A stretch of 32,000 nucleotides of DNA from Coprobacillaceae bacterium (GCA_963675515.1 OY776328.1:690001-722000), one strand, 5' to 3'. Counted from the stretch's first letter, positions 8,020-17,690 are shown. The notes: a model not told the origin generated them from the sequence alone. A program made the numbers and translations.

Positions 8020-10315
8020 GACATTGGAATTTGACATTATTCTCAACCAGATAATGCAATATGCCAGATCGCAGATGGCAAAAAAATATTTTGCGAACCT
8101 TAGTGGGGAATTTGATTTCGAGGATCTTACCGACATCCATAACCAGAACATCCAGATGCTTGATCTGATCCTCAAATACGGCCAGGTGCCTATTGGCTAT
8201 TATGAGGACATCTCCCTGCTGCTCAAGAAAGTCGACAAGGGTGGCACTCTAAGCGGCCTGGAGTTTCTGGAAATCCTGGCCCAGCTTAAAAACGTTAAGG
8301 AAATCGAGGATTACCGCGAAGACATCGACACTTTGGGGGTGCTTGAGGACCTGTTCGACAGTCTGATCTACCCGGTCTCCCTTGTGCAAATGATCGAGAA
8401 GTGCATAGACTCAGACGGTTCGGTCCTTGATGGTGCTTCGAGCGAACTGCGCCGGGTGCGCCATGAGATCATCTCGCTCCAGGGCAGCATGCGCTCCAAA
8501 ATAGCCGGATTGAAAAACCAGTACAAGGATTATCTTTCTCAGGAGACATATTCTTCGCGCAACGACCATCTCGTCTTGCCGGTGAAGGCGGGCCACAAAA
8601 ACAGCGTGGCCGGGATTGTCCACGCCATCAGCGGTTCGGGACAGACGGTTTACATCGAACCTAGCGCTATCGTGGCCATCTCGAACCAGATCACCGCGGC
8701 CAAGGAAACCGAACAGGCCGAAATCCAGAAAATACTCCAGACGCTTTCCAATGAAGTGAACAAATATCTGGATATTTTGAAATACAATCAGGAAGCCCTT
8801 ATTGAAATCGAGATCCTCAATGCGAAAAACAACTACGGTCTTACCATCAACGCCACCATCCCGGTGGTCACCAGAAGCTTTGACGAGTTCAAGCTGTTAA
8901 AGGCGGCCCATCCACTGATCAAGCCAAGCGAGGTTGTCGCCAATGACATAGTCCTGACCAGGGACCACCAGACACTTCTTATCTCGGGTTCGAATACCGG
9001 GGGGAAATCAGTTGTATTGAAAACAGCCGGCTTGCTGGCGAAAATGGCCCTGGCCGGATTGCCGGTCAGTGCTTCGAATGCGATTGTCCCTTATTTCGAC
9101 AATATCTTCGTCGATCTTGGCGATGAACAGTCGATCGAACAGTCGCTGTCGACTTTTTCTTCCCACATGACCCGGCTTACCAGGATCACCGACCAGGCTA
9201 GCGAGCAGTCGCTGGTTCTCCTTGATGAGATCGGGAGCGGGACCGACCCGCAGGAAGGACAGGCCCTGGCCCAGGCGATTCTGGAGTATCTCCATGAAAA
9301 GCAGGCCCTGGTCATCGCGACAACCCACTATTCGAAACTCAAGGAATATGCAAAAAACACCGACTACATCCAGGTGGCTTCGGTAGAATTCGACCAGGGT
9401 GAACTCAAGCCAACTTACCGACTGCTTATGGGCAGTACGGGAAATTCCTATGCCATCGAAATTTCCAAACGGCTGGGACTCCATCCCGACATTGTCGCCA
9501 AGTCGATGCAAATCAAGGAGGCCAACCAGACTCAAAGCGAAATCCTGCTTGAAAGGCTGGAAGCGCAGCTGCTTGAAGTCCAGGATGAAAAGGACCGGAT
9601 CGTGGCCCTGAAAAAAGAGGCCATCAGCAAGGAAAATGAGCTGCGTTTGAAGCTGGAAAAGCTCCAAAGCGAAAAGGACAAACTCATCGAACAGGCCAAA
9701 GAGGATGCCAACAAGATCCTTGAGGAGGCCAAGAGCCAAGTCGAGGAGGTGGTGGCGTCATTGCAGAATCAGGCGACACTCAAGCCCCATCAGGTCATCG
9801 AAGCCAAACGGACCCTCGATGTGCTTAAACACCAGAAGGAACAAGAGGCTATCGTTCCAAGCGACCACAAGTACGTCCTTGGTGATGTTGTCCTGGTCAA
9901 ATCGGTCAAACGCGAAGGTGAAGTTGTCGCCATCAACAAGAAGGGCATCCTGACCATATCCATGGGCGGCTTGAAACTCAACGCCAAACCCCATGAGGTA
10001 GTCTTCAAACATGCGCCCCTTAAACCCAAGACCGTCATAACCGGAGGAAAATCGGTTAAGACCCAAAGCACTATGACTTACGAACTCAACATCATCGGCA
10101 AACGTTATGTCGAAGCGATGGAGGAAGTAGACAAGTTCCTCGACACGGCCCTGGTCAACAATTACTCGATTTGCAGGATTGTCCATGGGATGGGAAGCGG
10201 AGTCCTGCGCAAGGGAGTCCATCAGCTGCTCAAATCGAAGAAGTTTGTCAAAAGTTTCCGGGACGGAGGTCCCAATGAGGGAGGCCTGGGGGCAACCCTT
10301 GTGTACTTTGACTGA
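8012..10315 (+). CDS. mutS2: Endonuclease MutS2 (MutS ATPase domain plus C-terminal Smr domain)
   Basis: Walker A GSNTGGKSV, DEIGSGTDP, a long coiled-coil, and an Smr domain (LNIIGKRYVEAMEEVDKFL...IVHGMGSGVLRKGV). Confidence 0.92.
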   Translation: MDKTLEFDIILNQIMQYARSQMAKKYFANLSGEFDFEDLTDIHNQNIQMLDLILKYGQVPIGYYEDISLLLKKVDKGGTLSGLEFLEILAQLKNVKEIEDYREDIDTLGVLEDLFDSLIYPVSLVQMIEKCIDSDGSVLDGASSELRRVRHEIISLQGSMRSKIAGLKNQYKDYLSQETYSSRNDHLVLPVKAGHKNSVAGIVHAISGSGQTVYIEPSAIVAISNQITAAKETEQAEIQKILQTLSNEVNKYLDILKYNQEALIEIEILNAKNNYGLTINATIPVVTRSFDEFKLLKAAHPLIKPSEVVANDIVLTRDHQTLLISGSNTGGKSVVLKTAGLLAKMALAGLPVSASNAIVPYFDNIFVDLGDEQSIEQSLSTFSSHMTRLTRITDQASEQSLVLLDEIGSGTDPQEGQALAQAILEYLHEKQALVIATTHYSKLKEYAKNTDYIQVASVEFDQGELKPTYRLLMGSTGNSYAIEISKRLGLHPDIVAKSMQIKEANQTQSEILLERLEAQLLEVQDEKDRIVALKKEAISKENELRLKLEKLQSEKDKLIEQAKEDANKILEEAKSQVEEVVASLQNQATLKPHQVIEAKRTLDVLKHQKEQEAIVPSDHKYVLGDVVLVKSVKREGEVVAINKKGILTISMGGLKLNAKPHEVVFKHAPLKPKTVITGGKSVKTQSTMTYELNIIGKRYVEAMEEVDKFLDTALVNNYSICRIVHGMGSGVLRKGVHQLLKSKKFVKSFRDGGPNEGGLGATLVYFD

Positions 10316-12078
10316 TGATAAAAAACGACATCAAGGACAAGCTTTCGCTCCTGCCGCTAAAACCGGGCTGCTACCTGATGAAGGACCAGGCCGGAACGGT
10401 AATCTATGTGGGCAAGGCGAAGTCTTTGAAAAGCAGGGTGACCTCGTATTTCACCGGGTCGCACAATTACAAGACAACCAGGCTCGTCAGCGAAATCGCG
10501 GATTTCGATTACATTGTCACCTCCAGTGAGAAAGAAGCGTTGCTTCTTGAAATCAATCTGATCAAGGACTATGATCCCAAATACAATATCGCCCTGACCG
10601 ACAGTTCCTACTATCCATATATCCAGCTTACCAGGGAGCGTCATCCAAGATTGAAGATTGTCCGCAGCGCGAGCAACAAGAAGCACCGCCATTTCGGACC
10701 CTTCCCCAATGCGACTGCGGCCCGGGAGACGCTCAAGCTGCTCGATCGGCTCTTCAAGCTTCGCAAATGCAAGCACATCCCCGGCAAGCCCTGCCTTTAT
10801 TATTCGCTGGGACAATGCCTGGCGCCATGCATCAATGATGTCACGGTGGAACAGTACAACGAGATCGCCAAGTCGATTGCCAAGTTCGTCAACGGCGACA
10901 CCCGTGAAGTGCTGACGAATCTCCAGGAGAACATGCTTGCAGCCAGCGAACTGCTCCAGTTCGAAAAGGCCAAGGAGATGCGTGATCTGATTGCGAGCAT
11001 CAAACATGTCACAGCCAAGCAGAACATCACGTTCAACGATCTTGTGGACCGCGACATCATCGGCTACCATGTCGACAACGGTTATCTTTCGTTGCAACTG
11101 TTTTTCATGCGCAACGGCCATCTGCTTTCACGCGACTTTTCGCTTGTACCGGTAGAGGATGATGTCAATGAGCAGATCCTGACTTACCTGGCGACATTCT
11201 ACCAGAACAACGTGGCGCCAAAAGAACTCTTGCTGCCTCTTGATTTGAACCTTGACACCCTTAAGGAGATTATCGAGACAAAAATCATCAAGCCGGAAAA
11301 AGGCAAGAAAGCGGATTTGGTCAAGATGGCCACCGCCAACGCTAAGGAACAGCTTGACAAGAAATTCCAGCTGATGGCCAAGAATGAAAGGGCTACAGTC
11401 GGGGCATTCGAGCAGTTGGGAGAATTGATCAATATCAAAGAGCTCCACCGCGTGGAGTTGTTCGACAACTCCAATATCCAGGGAAGCTATGCGGTGGCGG
11501 GAATGGTGTGCTTCATCGACGGAGTACCGGCCAAAAAGGAATACCGGAAATTCAAGATCAAAACCGTGACCGGTCCCGACGATTACTCGAGCATGAAAGA
11601 AGTCGTCTATCGCCGCTATTACCGGGTGCTCGTCGACCGTCTTGAAATGCCGGAACTTATAATTGTCGACGGTGGCAAAGGTCAGATCAAGGTGGCCAAG
11701 GAAGTCATCGACAGCCTCAATCTCCCGATTGTGGTTTGCGGTCTGGCCAAGGACGACAAACACAATACGGCCATGCTTCTCGACAGTCAAGGCAACGAGG
11801 TCAAGATTTCGAAGCGGAGTCCGCTTTTCTTCATGCTCACCAGGATGCAAGATGAGGTCCACCGCTACGCTATCTCGTTTCACCGCAATGTCCACGGCAA
11901 ATCCCTGGTCCAGTCGGCCCTTGATGAGGTGCCCGGCATCGGAGAGAAACGTAAGAAGATGTTGCTCAACAAATACCGTTCGGTGAAGAATCTTAAAACT
12001 GCCACGCTCGAAGAGCTTAGTGCCGATCTGCCAGAGAAAGTCGCCCAGGAATTGTATGATCATCTCCAAAAACTTTAA
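10315..12078 (+). CDS. uvrC: Excinuclease ABC subunit C
   Basis: GIY-YIG N-terminus (GCYLMKDQAGTVIYVGKAKSLKSRVTSYF), UVR motif (LQFEKAKEMRDLIASI) and C-terminal HhH (VPGIGEKRKKMLL). Start overlaps the mutS2 stop by 1 nt (TGATG). Confidence 0.93.
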   Translation: MIKNDIKDKLSLLPLKPGCYLMKDQAGTVIYVGKAKSLKSRVTSYFTGSHNYKTTRLVSEIADFDYIVTSSEKEALLLEINLIKDYDPKYNIALTDSSYYPYIQLTRERHPRLKIVRSASNKKHRHFGPFPNATAARETLKLLDRLFKLRKCKHIPGKPCLYYSLGQCLAPCINDVTVEQYNEIAKSIAKFVNGDTREVLTNLQENMLAASELLQFEKAKEMRDLIASIKHVTAKQNITFNDLVDRDIIGYHVDNGYLSLQLFFMRNGHLLSRDFSLVPVEDDVNEQILTYLATFYQNNVAPKELLLPLDLNLDTLKEIIETKIIKPEKGKKADLVKMATANAKEQLDKKFQLMAKNERATVGAFEQLGELINIKELHRVELFDNSNIQGSYAVAGMVCFIDGVPAKKEYRKFKIKTVTGPDDYSSMKEVVYRRYYRVLVDRLEMPELIIVDGGKGQIKVAKEVIDSLNLPIVVCGLAKDDKHNTAMLLDSQGNEVKISKRSPLFFMLTRMQDEVHRYAISFHRNVHGKSLVQSALDEVPGIGEKRKKMLLNKYRSVKNLKTATLEELSADLPEKVAQELYDHLQKL

Positions 12079-12120
12079 CAAGGTCATTCGTCTGGGAGCG
12101 GGCAATAAAAAGAGGTTATT

Positions 12121-12906
12121 ATGAAAAGACCAATCGGCGTATTCGATTCAGGAGTCGGCGGACTCACTGTTGTGAATACCTTGAAAGAAATATTGAGAAA
12201 TGAAGATATCATCTATATCGGGGACAACTTCAACAGCCCGTATGGAGACAAGACGGCTGACCAGCTTTATAGATATGCATCCACGATCGTCGAATATCTC
12301 ATCGCCCGTGACGTCAAACTGATAGTACTGGCCTGCAATACGACCAGTGCCAATGTTTTGAAGATGCTCCAAACTGATTATCCGGATGTCAAAATCATCG
12401 GGGTTATCGATGCTACAGTCAGTGACTTCATAACCCGAAATCTTAGCAGCACCCTGGTTATCGCCACCCAGGCGACAATCGGTTCTAAAAAATACACTGA
12501 CAAGATAAATTCATTGAGTCCAGAGTGCACCATATACGACAAGGCCACCCCGGCATTGGTGCCCCTGATTGAGTCGGGGATGTACAGGTCGGGGATAGAA
12601 GACACGCTTCATGATTATCTTGACGAGTATCGAGGAAGAATTGACAGCGTCATCCTGGGCTGCACCCATTACCCGATTTTGACTGAGCAAATCAGAAATG
12701 TGCTTCCGGGGATCGAGTGTATCTCCTCGTCGCATGCGATATGTTATGAAGTGCAGGACTATCTGCATGAAAACAAGCTGTTGAACCGTAAGGGTGGAAA
12801 CATCGAAATTCACACTACTGGCGATGCGGGTGAGTTTGTCAATTCGTCCCAAGGCTTCTTTGATTATGGTACGATTGATGTGAAGTATTTGAATTTAGGA
12901 GAATGA
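12121..12906 (+). CDS. murI: Glutamate racemase
   Basis: GVFDSGVGGLTV, LACNTTSA and LGCTHYP (the two catalytic Cys motifs). SD AAGAGG. Confidence 0.92.
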   Translation: MKRPIGVFDSGVGGLTVVNTLKEILRNEDIIYIGDNFNSPYGDKTADQLYRYASTIVEYLIARDVKLIVLACNTTSANVLKMLQTDYPDVKIIGVIDATVSDFITRNLSSTLVIATQATIGSKKYTDKINSLSPECTIYDKATPALVPLIESGMYRSGIEDTLHDYLDEYRGRIDSVILGCTHYPILTEQIRNVLPGIECISSSHAICYEVQDYLHENKLLNRKGGNIEIHTTGDAGEFVNSSQGFFDYGTIDVKYLNLGE

Positions 12907-13371
12907 ATGAAAAAAATAGTTGTAGTTTCCGACAATCACGGATCTTTTATTGCAATCGACCTGATCAAAGAGGAACATCGGGATGCCCACCTGCTTGTCC
13001 ATTGCGGCGACAGTGAAGGCGACACTGATGATCTGGAAGGATATCTGGCCGTAGCCGGCAACAATGACTGGCTGTCGGATTTCCCGGATGAGGAAATGTT
13101 CCAATGCGAGGGTATCACCTTCCTGGTCAACCACGGCGACCGTTATGGTTACTTCCATCGTGAAGACAACATGGTAAATGATCTCAAACATAAAAACTGT
13201 GACGTCCTTATTTCGGGACACACCCACATGCCCCAATTCAAGACTGTGGAGGGATTCACCCTGATCAATCCGGGATCATGCTCCCGTCCCCGGGGTGGCA
13301 GTGGCAAAAGTTACCTTGTCCTGTATGTGGATAACGGGTCGATGACATATGAATTCATCGAGCTTGGTTAG
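12907..13371 (+). CDS. YfcE/MJ0936-family metallophosphoesterase
   Basis: VVSDNHG, HCGDS, GNND, NHGD and GHTH motifs. ATG immediately follows the murI stop. Confidence 0.85.
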   Translation: MKKIVVVSDNHGSFIAIDLIKEEHRDAHLLVHCGDSEGDTDDLEGYLAVAGNNDWLSDFPDEEMFQCEGITFLVNHGDRYGYFHREDNMVNDLKHKNCDVLISGHTHMPQFKTVEGFTLINPGSCSRPRGGSGKSYLVLYVDNGSMTYEFIELG

Positions 13372-13430
13372 CTACTTTTGGTTCATATAATTTTGATGTA
13401 AAAAATGTTGCAAAAAATTCAATAAAACAC

Positions 13431-13459
13431 TTGCCTGCCAGGGGAAATTATGGTATTAT
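13431..13459 (+). promoter_or_regulatory. Promoter of tRNA-Arg copy 1
   Basis: TTGCCT, a 17-nt spacer, then TATTAT preceded by TGg. It lies about 19 nt upstream of the tRNA 5' end. Confidence 0.55.
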
Positions 13460-13477
13460 TTCTTGGCAGTCAAAAAT

Positions 13478-13554
13478 GTCCACTTAGCTCAGCCGGATAG
13501 AGCACACGCCTTCTAAGCGTGCGGTCAGGGGTTCGAATCCCTTAGTGGACGCCA
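13478..13554 (+). tRNA. tRNA-Arg (anticodon UCU), CCA encoded
   Basis: Manual cloverleaf: acceptor GTCCACT/AGTGGAC, D stem GCTC/GAGC, anticodon stem CACGC/GCGTG with loop CTTCTAA, T arm AGGGG-TTCGAAT-CCCTT, then G73 and CCA. Confidence 0.9.
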
Positions 13555-13563
13555 TTTGAAAAT

Positions 13564-13587
13564 AACGGCCATATAAGGTCGTTTTTT
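13564..13587 (+). terminator. Terminator of tRNA-Arg copy 1
   Basis: AACGGCC-ATATAA-GGTCGTT (one G-U pair) followed by TTTTTT. Confidence 0.7.
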
Positions 13588-14085
13588 AGTATATTTTTAT
13601 GTTTATGATACCATGATGATAACATTTATTGGAAAGTTGGTATCATGAAATTCCGGTTAAAAAATGGCGTCACCTAGTGAAGTACGGGTAAAATTCAGGA
13701 CAAAAATAACCTGAAATCCAGCCCTAGGAGGACACCATTTTATCATCTGCAGCTCGAAAGGGCTGTTTTTTTTGATTTCAAATGATGGGTATATAAGTCT
13801 TCGACTTTCATTAAGCAGATTATCACACAGGCATACAATCTTGATATTTATTGATTTCATCACACCTTTTTGAAATTTGTTGTAAAATCTTTTAACAAAT
13901 TCACTCAAAAGGATTACAATATGATTGGGAAAGTAAATTGAGAATGTGGTTAGTGGTTTAAACTTGCAAGTAATTTGACTTTTAATATATCATTAGTGAA
14001 ATGCCGTTATCTATTCAACATAAGAGTTTACGGCAGCTTGTTTAATACGGATAATATCATCGGACTGTAGTGCCGCTGGTAATAG

Positions 14086-14265
14086 ATGGCAGGAAACATG
14101 GTCAGCGTTTTTTGGGAATCTGAGTTTCCAGAAAGCCTGGAAATCAGTGCTTCCATTGACGACAATGTGATAAGAGCCCTGACTGGATTGGGCTTGATGG
14201 ATTGGATAGAGGTACAGAAGGCTGTAGATTTCGAGGATAATTCGACAGCTTACAGGACTTTCTAG
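14086..14265 (+). pseudogene. Possible gene remnant (59-codon ORF without SD)
   Basis: MAGNMVSVFWESEFPESLEISASIDDNVIRALTGLGLMDWIEVQKAVDFEDNSTAYRTF has a protein-like composition and locally higher GC. There is no SD, and stops lie immediately upstream in frame. I recognise no family. Confidence 0.2.
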
Positions 14266-14327
14266 CTTGGTACGGTCCGGTTGGTAACCTGTTTTTATCG
14301 TAAGCTGAGGTGGGTTTAATGTAAGGG

Positions 14328-15458
14328 ATGGTGATACTCTTGAAAGTACTTGGAATGGCAATCGCGGTTTTCATTATTTCGGTTGTGGTCTTATTGGCAA
14401 GTACCGGAATATTTCAAGATTCCGGATATTTGGACGACAATTTGCCTATGTCAACTGAAGAATATAAGGATTACATAAGTTCTGCTGGAAACATAACAGA
14501 CGGCGTTTTGGATGCCCGCTATTTTGAAGAAATTCAAGAGGCTATCGATTTTGCATACGATGTGGATATCAATATCATTCAACTGGAAGGCATAACTTAT
14601 GATATCAATACTTCGGTATTGATATACTCCGGTATGACCTTGCAAGGAGTTACCGGTAAAACAATAATATCAATGACAGGAGTCAATCAGCCGGTTATCA
14701 GGCATACAGGGGATATCACCGGATATACGGTCATAAGGGATTTGACGATCACCGGCGACGTAACAAAAAGCAATAATACAGGTATAATTTTAAATGATTA
14801 CTACAGTATGATTGACAATGTGGTGATAGCCGACGTTGGAGGACATGGGGTAGAACTATCGACTGAAGGCGCGTCGGGCACTTTGGTGGAAAACAAGGTA
14901 ATCAATTGTGTTGTCAGAAACGCTCAGGGAATATCATACTTTCTTGGCGATGATGACAATGGCGCTTTGACTGATGGATTCCTGATTAATTGCATATCGG
15001 ACGGCAGCGAGGAGAATTATGCGGTTGTTATCGGATCCAGCGCCGGGTGGTTGGTAAACGGTTTGCATATCTACAATCATTCGGATGCAAATACACCTAT
15101 ATATGCCCGGTCTGGATACAATACGACAATGACAAACGTATATATCGAAGGTTTTCTGGATTACGCTATACAATTCAGTGCATGCCAATTGAACATTAAT
15201 ATAAGCAACATAAGCGTTATATCCAGCGGTAATGATGCCAAAGGAGTGTTTGTTTTTGATTCGTCGAGTGCGTTCGATTTCCCTTGCAACGTCAACATCG
15301 CCAATGTGAGTGTTCTTAATTCGTATGCGGACAATCTGGATATAATCACCGGAAACCCAAACAACATGCAAATACAAGTCTATAATGTGAATGCGACAGG
15401 GAACATGACTACAAACATAGTTAGCCCCGGGATGGCCAGGGCAGTTACGATTTCATGA
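14328..15458 (+). CDS. Membrane-anchored right-handed beta-helix protein (Pectate_lyase_3 or polysaccharide-depolymerase-like)
   Basis: N-terminal TM (AIAVFIISVVVLLA). The EIQEAIDFA...IIQLEGITYDI...LIYSGMTLQG pattern is typical of the pectate-lyase-3 N-terminus. Periodic hydrophobic/N/G/D-rich coils of about 22-25 aa follow (VIRDLTITG, IDNVVIADV, NKVINCVV, FLINCIS, MTNVYIEG, INISNISV, VNIANVSV). The start is uncertain (14328, 14340 or 14355). Confidence 0.7.
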   Translation: MVILLKVLGMAIAVFIISVVVLLASTGIFQDSGYLDDNLPMSTEEYKDYISSAGNITDGVLDARYFEEIQEAIDFAYDVDINIIQLEGITYDINTSVLIYSGMTLQGVTGKTIISMTGVNQPVIRHTGDITGYTVIRDLTITGDVTKSNNTGIILNDYYSMIDNVVIADVGGHGVELSTEGASGTLVENKVINCVVRNAQGISYFLGDDDNGALTDGFLINCISDGSEENYAVVIGSSAGWLVNGLHIYNHSDANTPIYARSGYNTTMTNVYIEGFLDYAIQFSACQLNINISNISVISSGNDAKGVFVFDSSSAFDFPCNVNIANVSVLNSYADNLDIITGNPNNMQIQVYNVNATGNMTTNIVSPGMARAVTIS

Positions 15459-15660
15459 AATAATTGTGGTTAGAATATCCACAATTATGGTGACTGGCTG
15501 CTCAGATAATAGAGCTCGATAAAGTTTGGGTTTTAATACTCCTAATTGACAATTCAATAGATATTATGTTCGTTATGAAGCTAATATTTCATTTCTGGCA
15601 GCAATGAAAATGCGTCTGCCCTAAAAAAGTGGAATCTTTTACTGGAAAGCGAAGGTGATA

Positions 15661-16143
15661 ATGATGAGTGTTTATGGTCACAGTGTTTTAAAGATGGATG
15701 GTACAACCAAAAATTTAGGCGATTACAAAAACAAAGTATTGCTTATTGTCAATACGGCAACCGCTTGTGGTTTCACACCACAATATGCCGGGTTGCAGGA
15801 GTTGTATGAAAAATACCGAGACAGGGGACTGGAAATCCTAGATTTTCCATGCAACCAGTTTGCCAATCAGGCCCCGGGAAGCAACGAGGAAATCGCTGCT
15901 TTTTGCACCGGGAGATTCGGGATTACATTCGAACAGTTTGCGAAAATCGAGGTCAATGGTGAAAATGAGGATCCCTTGTACACCTATTTGAAAAAACAGA
16001 AAAAGGGTGTGCTGTCCCGCAACATCAAGTGGAATTTCACGAAGTTCCTGGTCGATAGGAAAGGCGAAGTGGTGAAGCGCTTTGGACCGAACGTCGAGCC
16101 GGCGGAACTGGAAAGTGATATCATCAAATTGCTGGAAAAATGA
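15661..16143 (+). CDS. Glutathione peroxidase (Cys-type)
   Basis: VNTATACGFTPQY (active-site Cys encoded by TGT, not TGA), FPCNQF and WNFTKFLVD. SD GAAGGTG precedes the ATGs at 15661 and 15664. Confidence 0.9.
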   Translation: MMSVYGHSVLKMDGTTKNLGDYKNKVLLIVNTATACGFTPQYAGLQELYEKYRDRGLEILDFPCNQFANQAPGSNEEIAAFCTGRFGITFEQFAKIEVNGENEDPLYTYLKKQKKGVLSRNIKWNFTKFLVDRKGEVVKRFGPNVEPAELESDIIKLLEK

Positions 16144-16178
16144 TCAAGGAGATGGTACGGGATTGATTACACAAACAT

Positions 16179-16202
16179 AACCTGGCAAATGGCCGGGTTT
16201 TT
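16179..16202 (+). terminator. Terminator after the glutathione peroxidase gene
   Basis: CCTGGC-AAATG-GCCGGG (one G-U pair) followed by TTTTT. Confidence 0.55.
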
Positions 16203-16229
16203 GCGTTGAATCAAATATGTGGTTATAAT
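16201..16229 (+). promoter_or_regulatory. Promoter of the CaCA exchanger gene
   Basis: TTGCGT, a 17-nt spacer, then TATAAT, about 87 nt upstream of the ATG. Confidence 0.5.
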
Positions 16230-16315
16230 CGATGGTTTTATTGGATAGGAGTGGGCTGATCCATTGAATAATGCCGGTGATTGTTATAAAATGATGTTAG
16301 AGATGGGGTGAGAAT

Positions 16316-17347
16316 ATGATCCTCGAGTTTCTTCTGTTGGCTGCGGGTCTGCTTGTGCTTGTCAAAGGGGCGGATGTTATGGTCAGTTCAGTGTCGGTCA
16401 TGGCCAAGGCATTCAATATTCCCGGATTCATTGTCGGTATCTTTGTCGTGGCATTGGGGACCAGCTTCCCCGAGGCGGTAATTGGGATTTATTCCGGATT
16501 TGAAAAAGCCAACCTGCTGGCGGTCGGTGATGTCATTGGCAGCAGCATTGTAAACATCACGCTGGTAATTGGGGTCACAGTAATGATTGCTCCGATACTG
16601 ATTGATTACCAGGCAATCAAACGGGAAATTCTGCTTTCTATATTCATCCAGGTCATTCTGGTGATTATGGTTGTCAGTTCGTTGCGCCTGTCCCGCTTAG
16701 AAGCAGGCATCTTGATTGGAGGAATGGTTGGCTTTGTCGGGTTCATAATATCAAAAACCAGACAGATTTCAAGAGAGGAATTTCCGGATTCCCCTGCGGA
16801 ATTGGAAGTGTTTGAACTTTTGGAAGACGAAGCGGCAATCGTGAATCACACGGATCAAAATCATAAAATCAGGATGGCCCATTATCCTGGCGAAACCTTG
16901 AAAAAAAACCTGCCCCGGTTTGCTGCCGGGCTGATCGCAATGGTCCTTGGTGCTAAATTCGCGGTCGACAATGCGGTATTCATCGCCTCGTCACTGGGGT
17001 TGGCCAAGGAAATGATTGGTTTGACCATCATTGCATTCGGGACATCCTTGCCCGAATTCGTTGCCGGAATAATTGCGGTTATCAGAAAGGAAGACGACAT
17101 AGCCGTCGGGAACATCATCGGCAGCAACATCATGAATATCCTGCTTGTCCTAGGACTTAGTGGCATGATCAACCCGATCACATTTACCGACTTGTCGATT
17201 TTCGGGGACTTGGCGGCAATGATCTTCGCATCACTGCTTCTTATTGTACCGGTGTGGCGCAAAAATAAGATTTCCAAATACTGGGGGTTCATTTATGTGA
17301 GTTTTTATGTCCTCTACATTGCCTATAAATTGGGTGCGGTATTTTGA
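16316..17347 (+). CDS. Na+/Ca2+ (CaCA-family, YrbG-like) exchanger
   Basis: Two alpha-repeats (GTSFPEAVIG and GTSLPEFVAG, each followed by GNIIGSNI/GDVIGSSI). About 10 TM segments with a central hydrophilic loop. Confidence 0.88.
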   Translation: MILEFLLLAAGLLVLVKGADVMVSSVSVMAKAFNIPGFIVGIFVVALGTSFPEAVIGIYSGFEKANLLAVGDVIGSSIVNITLVIGVTVMIAPILIDYQAIKREILLSIFIQVILVIMVVSSLRLSRLEAGILIGGMVGFVGFIISKTRQISREEFPDSPAELEVFELLEDEAAIVNHTDQNHKIRMAHYPGETLKKNLPRFAAGLIAMVLGAKFAVDNAVFIASSLGLAKEMIGLTIIAFGTSLPEFVAGIIAVIRKEDDIAVGNIIGSNIMNILLVLGLSGMINPITFTDLSIFGDLAAMIFASLLLIVPVWRKNKISKYWGFIYVSFYVLYIAYKLGAVF

Positions 17348-17492
17348 CAAATCCATATTTCAAAGATTCAGATACTACTTCAATCCGTTTGCATTAAGTA
17401 TAAATGATTTGATTATCGCATTGAAGTTCTGATTTGTCTTTAACAATTTCAATTTCATTTCTTTATCAATTGAATGTGGAAGGAGGATACAT

Positions 17493-17678
17493 ATGAAGTA
17501 CAGAGTTCAAAGGTTCGATATCGACATGAACAAGGACCAGGTAAGGCTGGAACAGTATTTGAACAGCATCGAAGGTGAAATCGTGTCGATAATCCCCAAT
17601 GTCAAACCGACCTTCATGATGATGGGGGGAACCGCAAAGGTTGATTTCCTGTACATAGTCATTAAAACAGGAAGTTGA
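17493..17678 (+). CDS. Small 61-aa protein, Cse60-like beta-alpha-beta pattern (function unknown)
   Basis: Strong SD GGAAGGAGG lies 7 nt upstream of the ATG, and a strong terminator follows. The pattern RVQRFDID..(helix)..YLNSIEGEIVSI...VDFLYIVIK resembles small Cse60-type proteins from memory only. Confidence 0.6.
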   Translation: MKYRVQRFDIDMNKDQVRLEQYLNSIEGEIVSIIPNVKPTFMMMGGTAKVDFLYIVIKTGS

Positions 17679-17690
17679 TATGCGGGAACT

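Noticed and set aside
9008-12105. Minus-strand ORFs of 243, 254 and 325 aa opposite mutS2 and uvrC
   Set aside because: These are antisense shadow frames of genes with clear family motifs. They have no SD, and the low-complexity L/F/R/D-rich translations mirror the sense codon bias.
13657-14361. Minus-strand ORFs 13657-13908 (83 aa) and 14011-14361 (116 aa) in the gene-poor stretch
   Set aside because: The 83-aa ORF has a TTG start without an SD. Both have S/P/L/C-rich non-protein-like composition. The second overlaps a more protein-like plus-strand remnant and the start of the beta-helix gene.
15460-15488. 10-bp perfect palindrome after the beta-helix gene, considered as an intrinsic terminator
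   Set aside because: No U-tract follows on the plus strand, so I did not call it a terminator feature. It is mentioned only within a finding.
15745-15775. Possible selenocysteine (TGA) in the glutathione peroxidase active site
   Set aside because: The active-site residue in ATACGFTPQY is encoded by TGT (Cys). There is no in-frame TGA and no SECIS-like hairpin.
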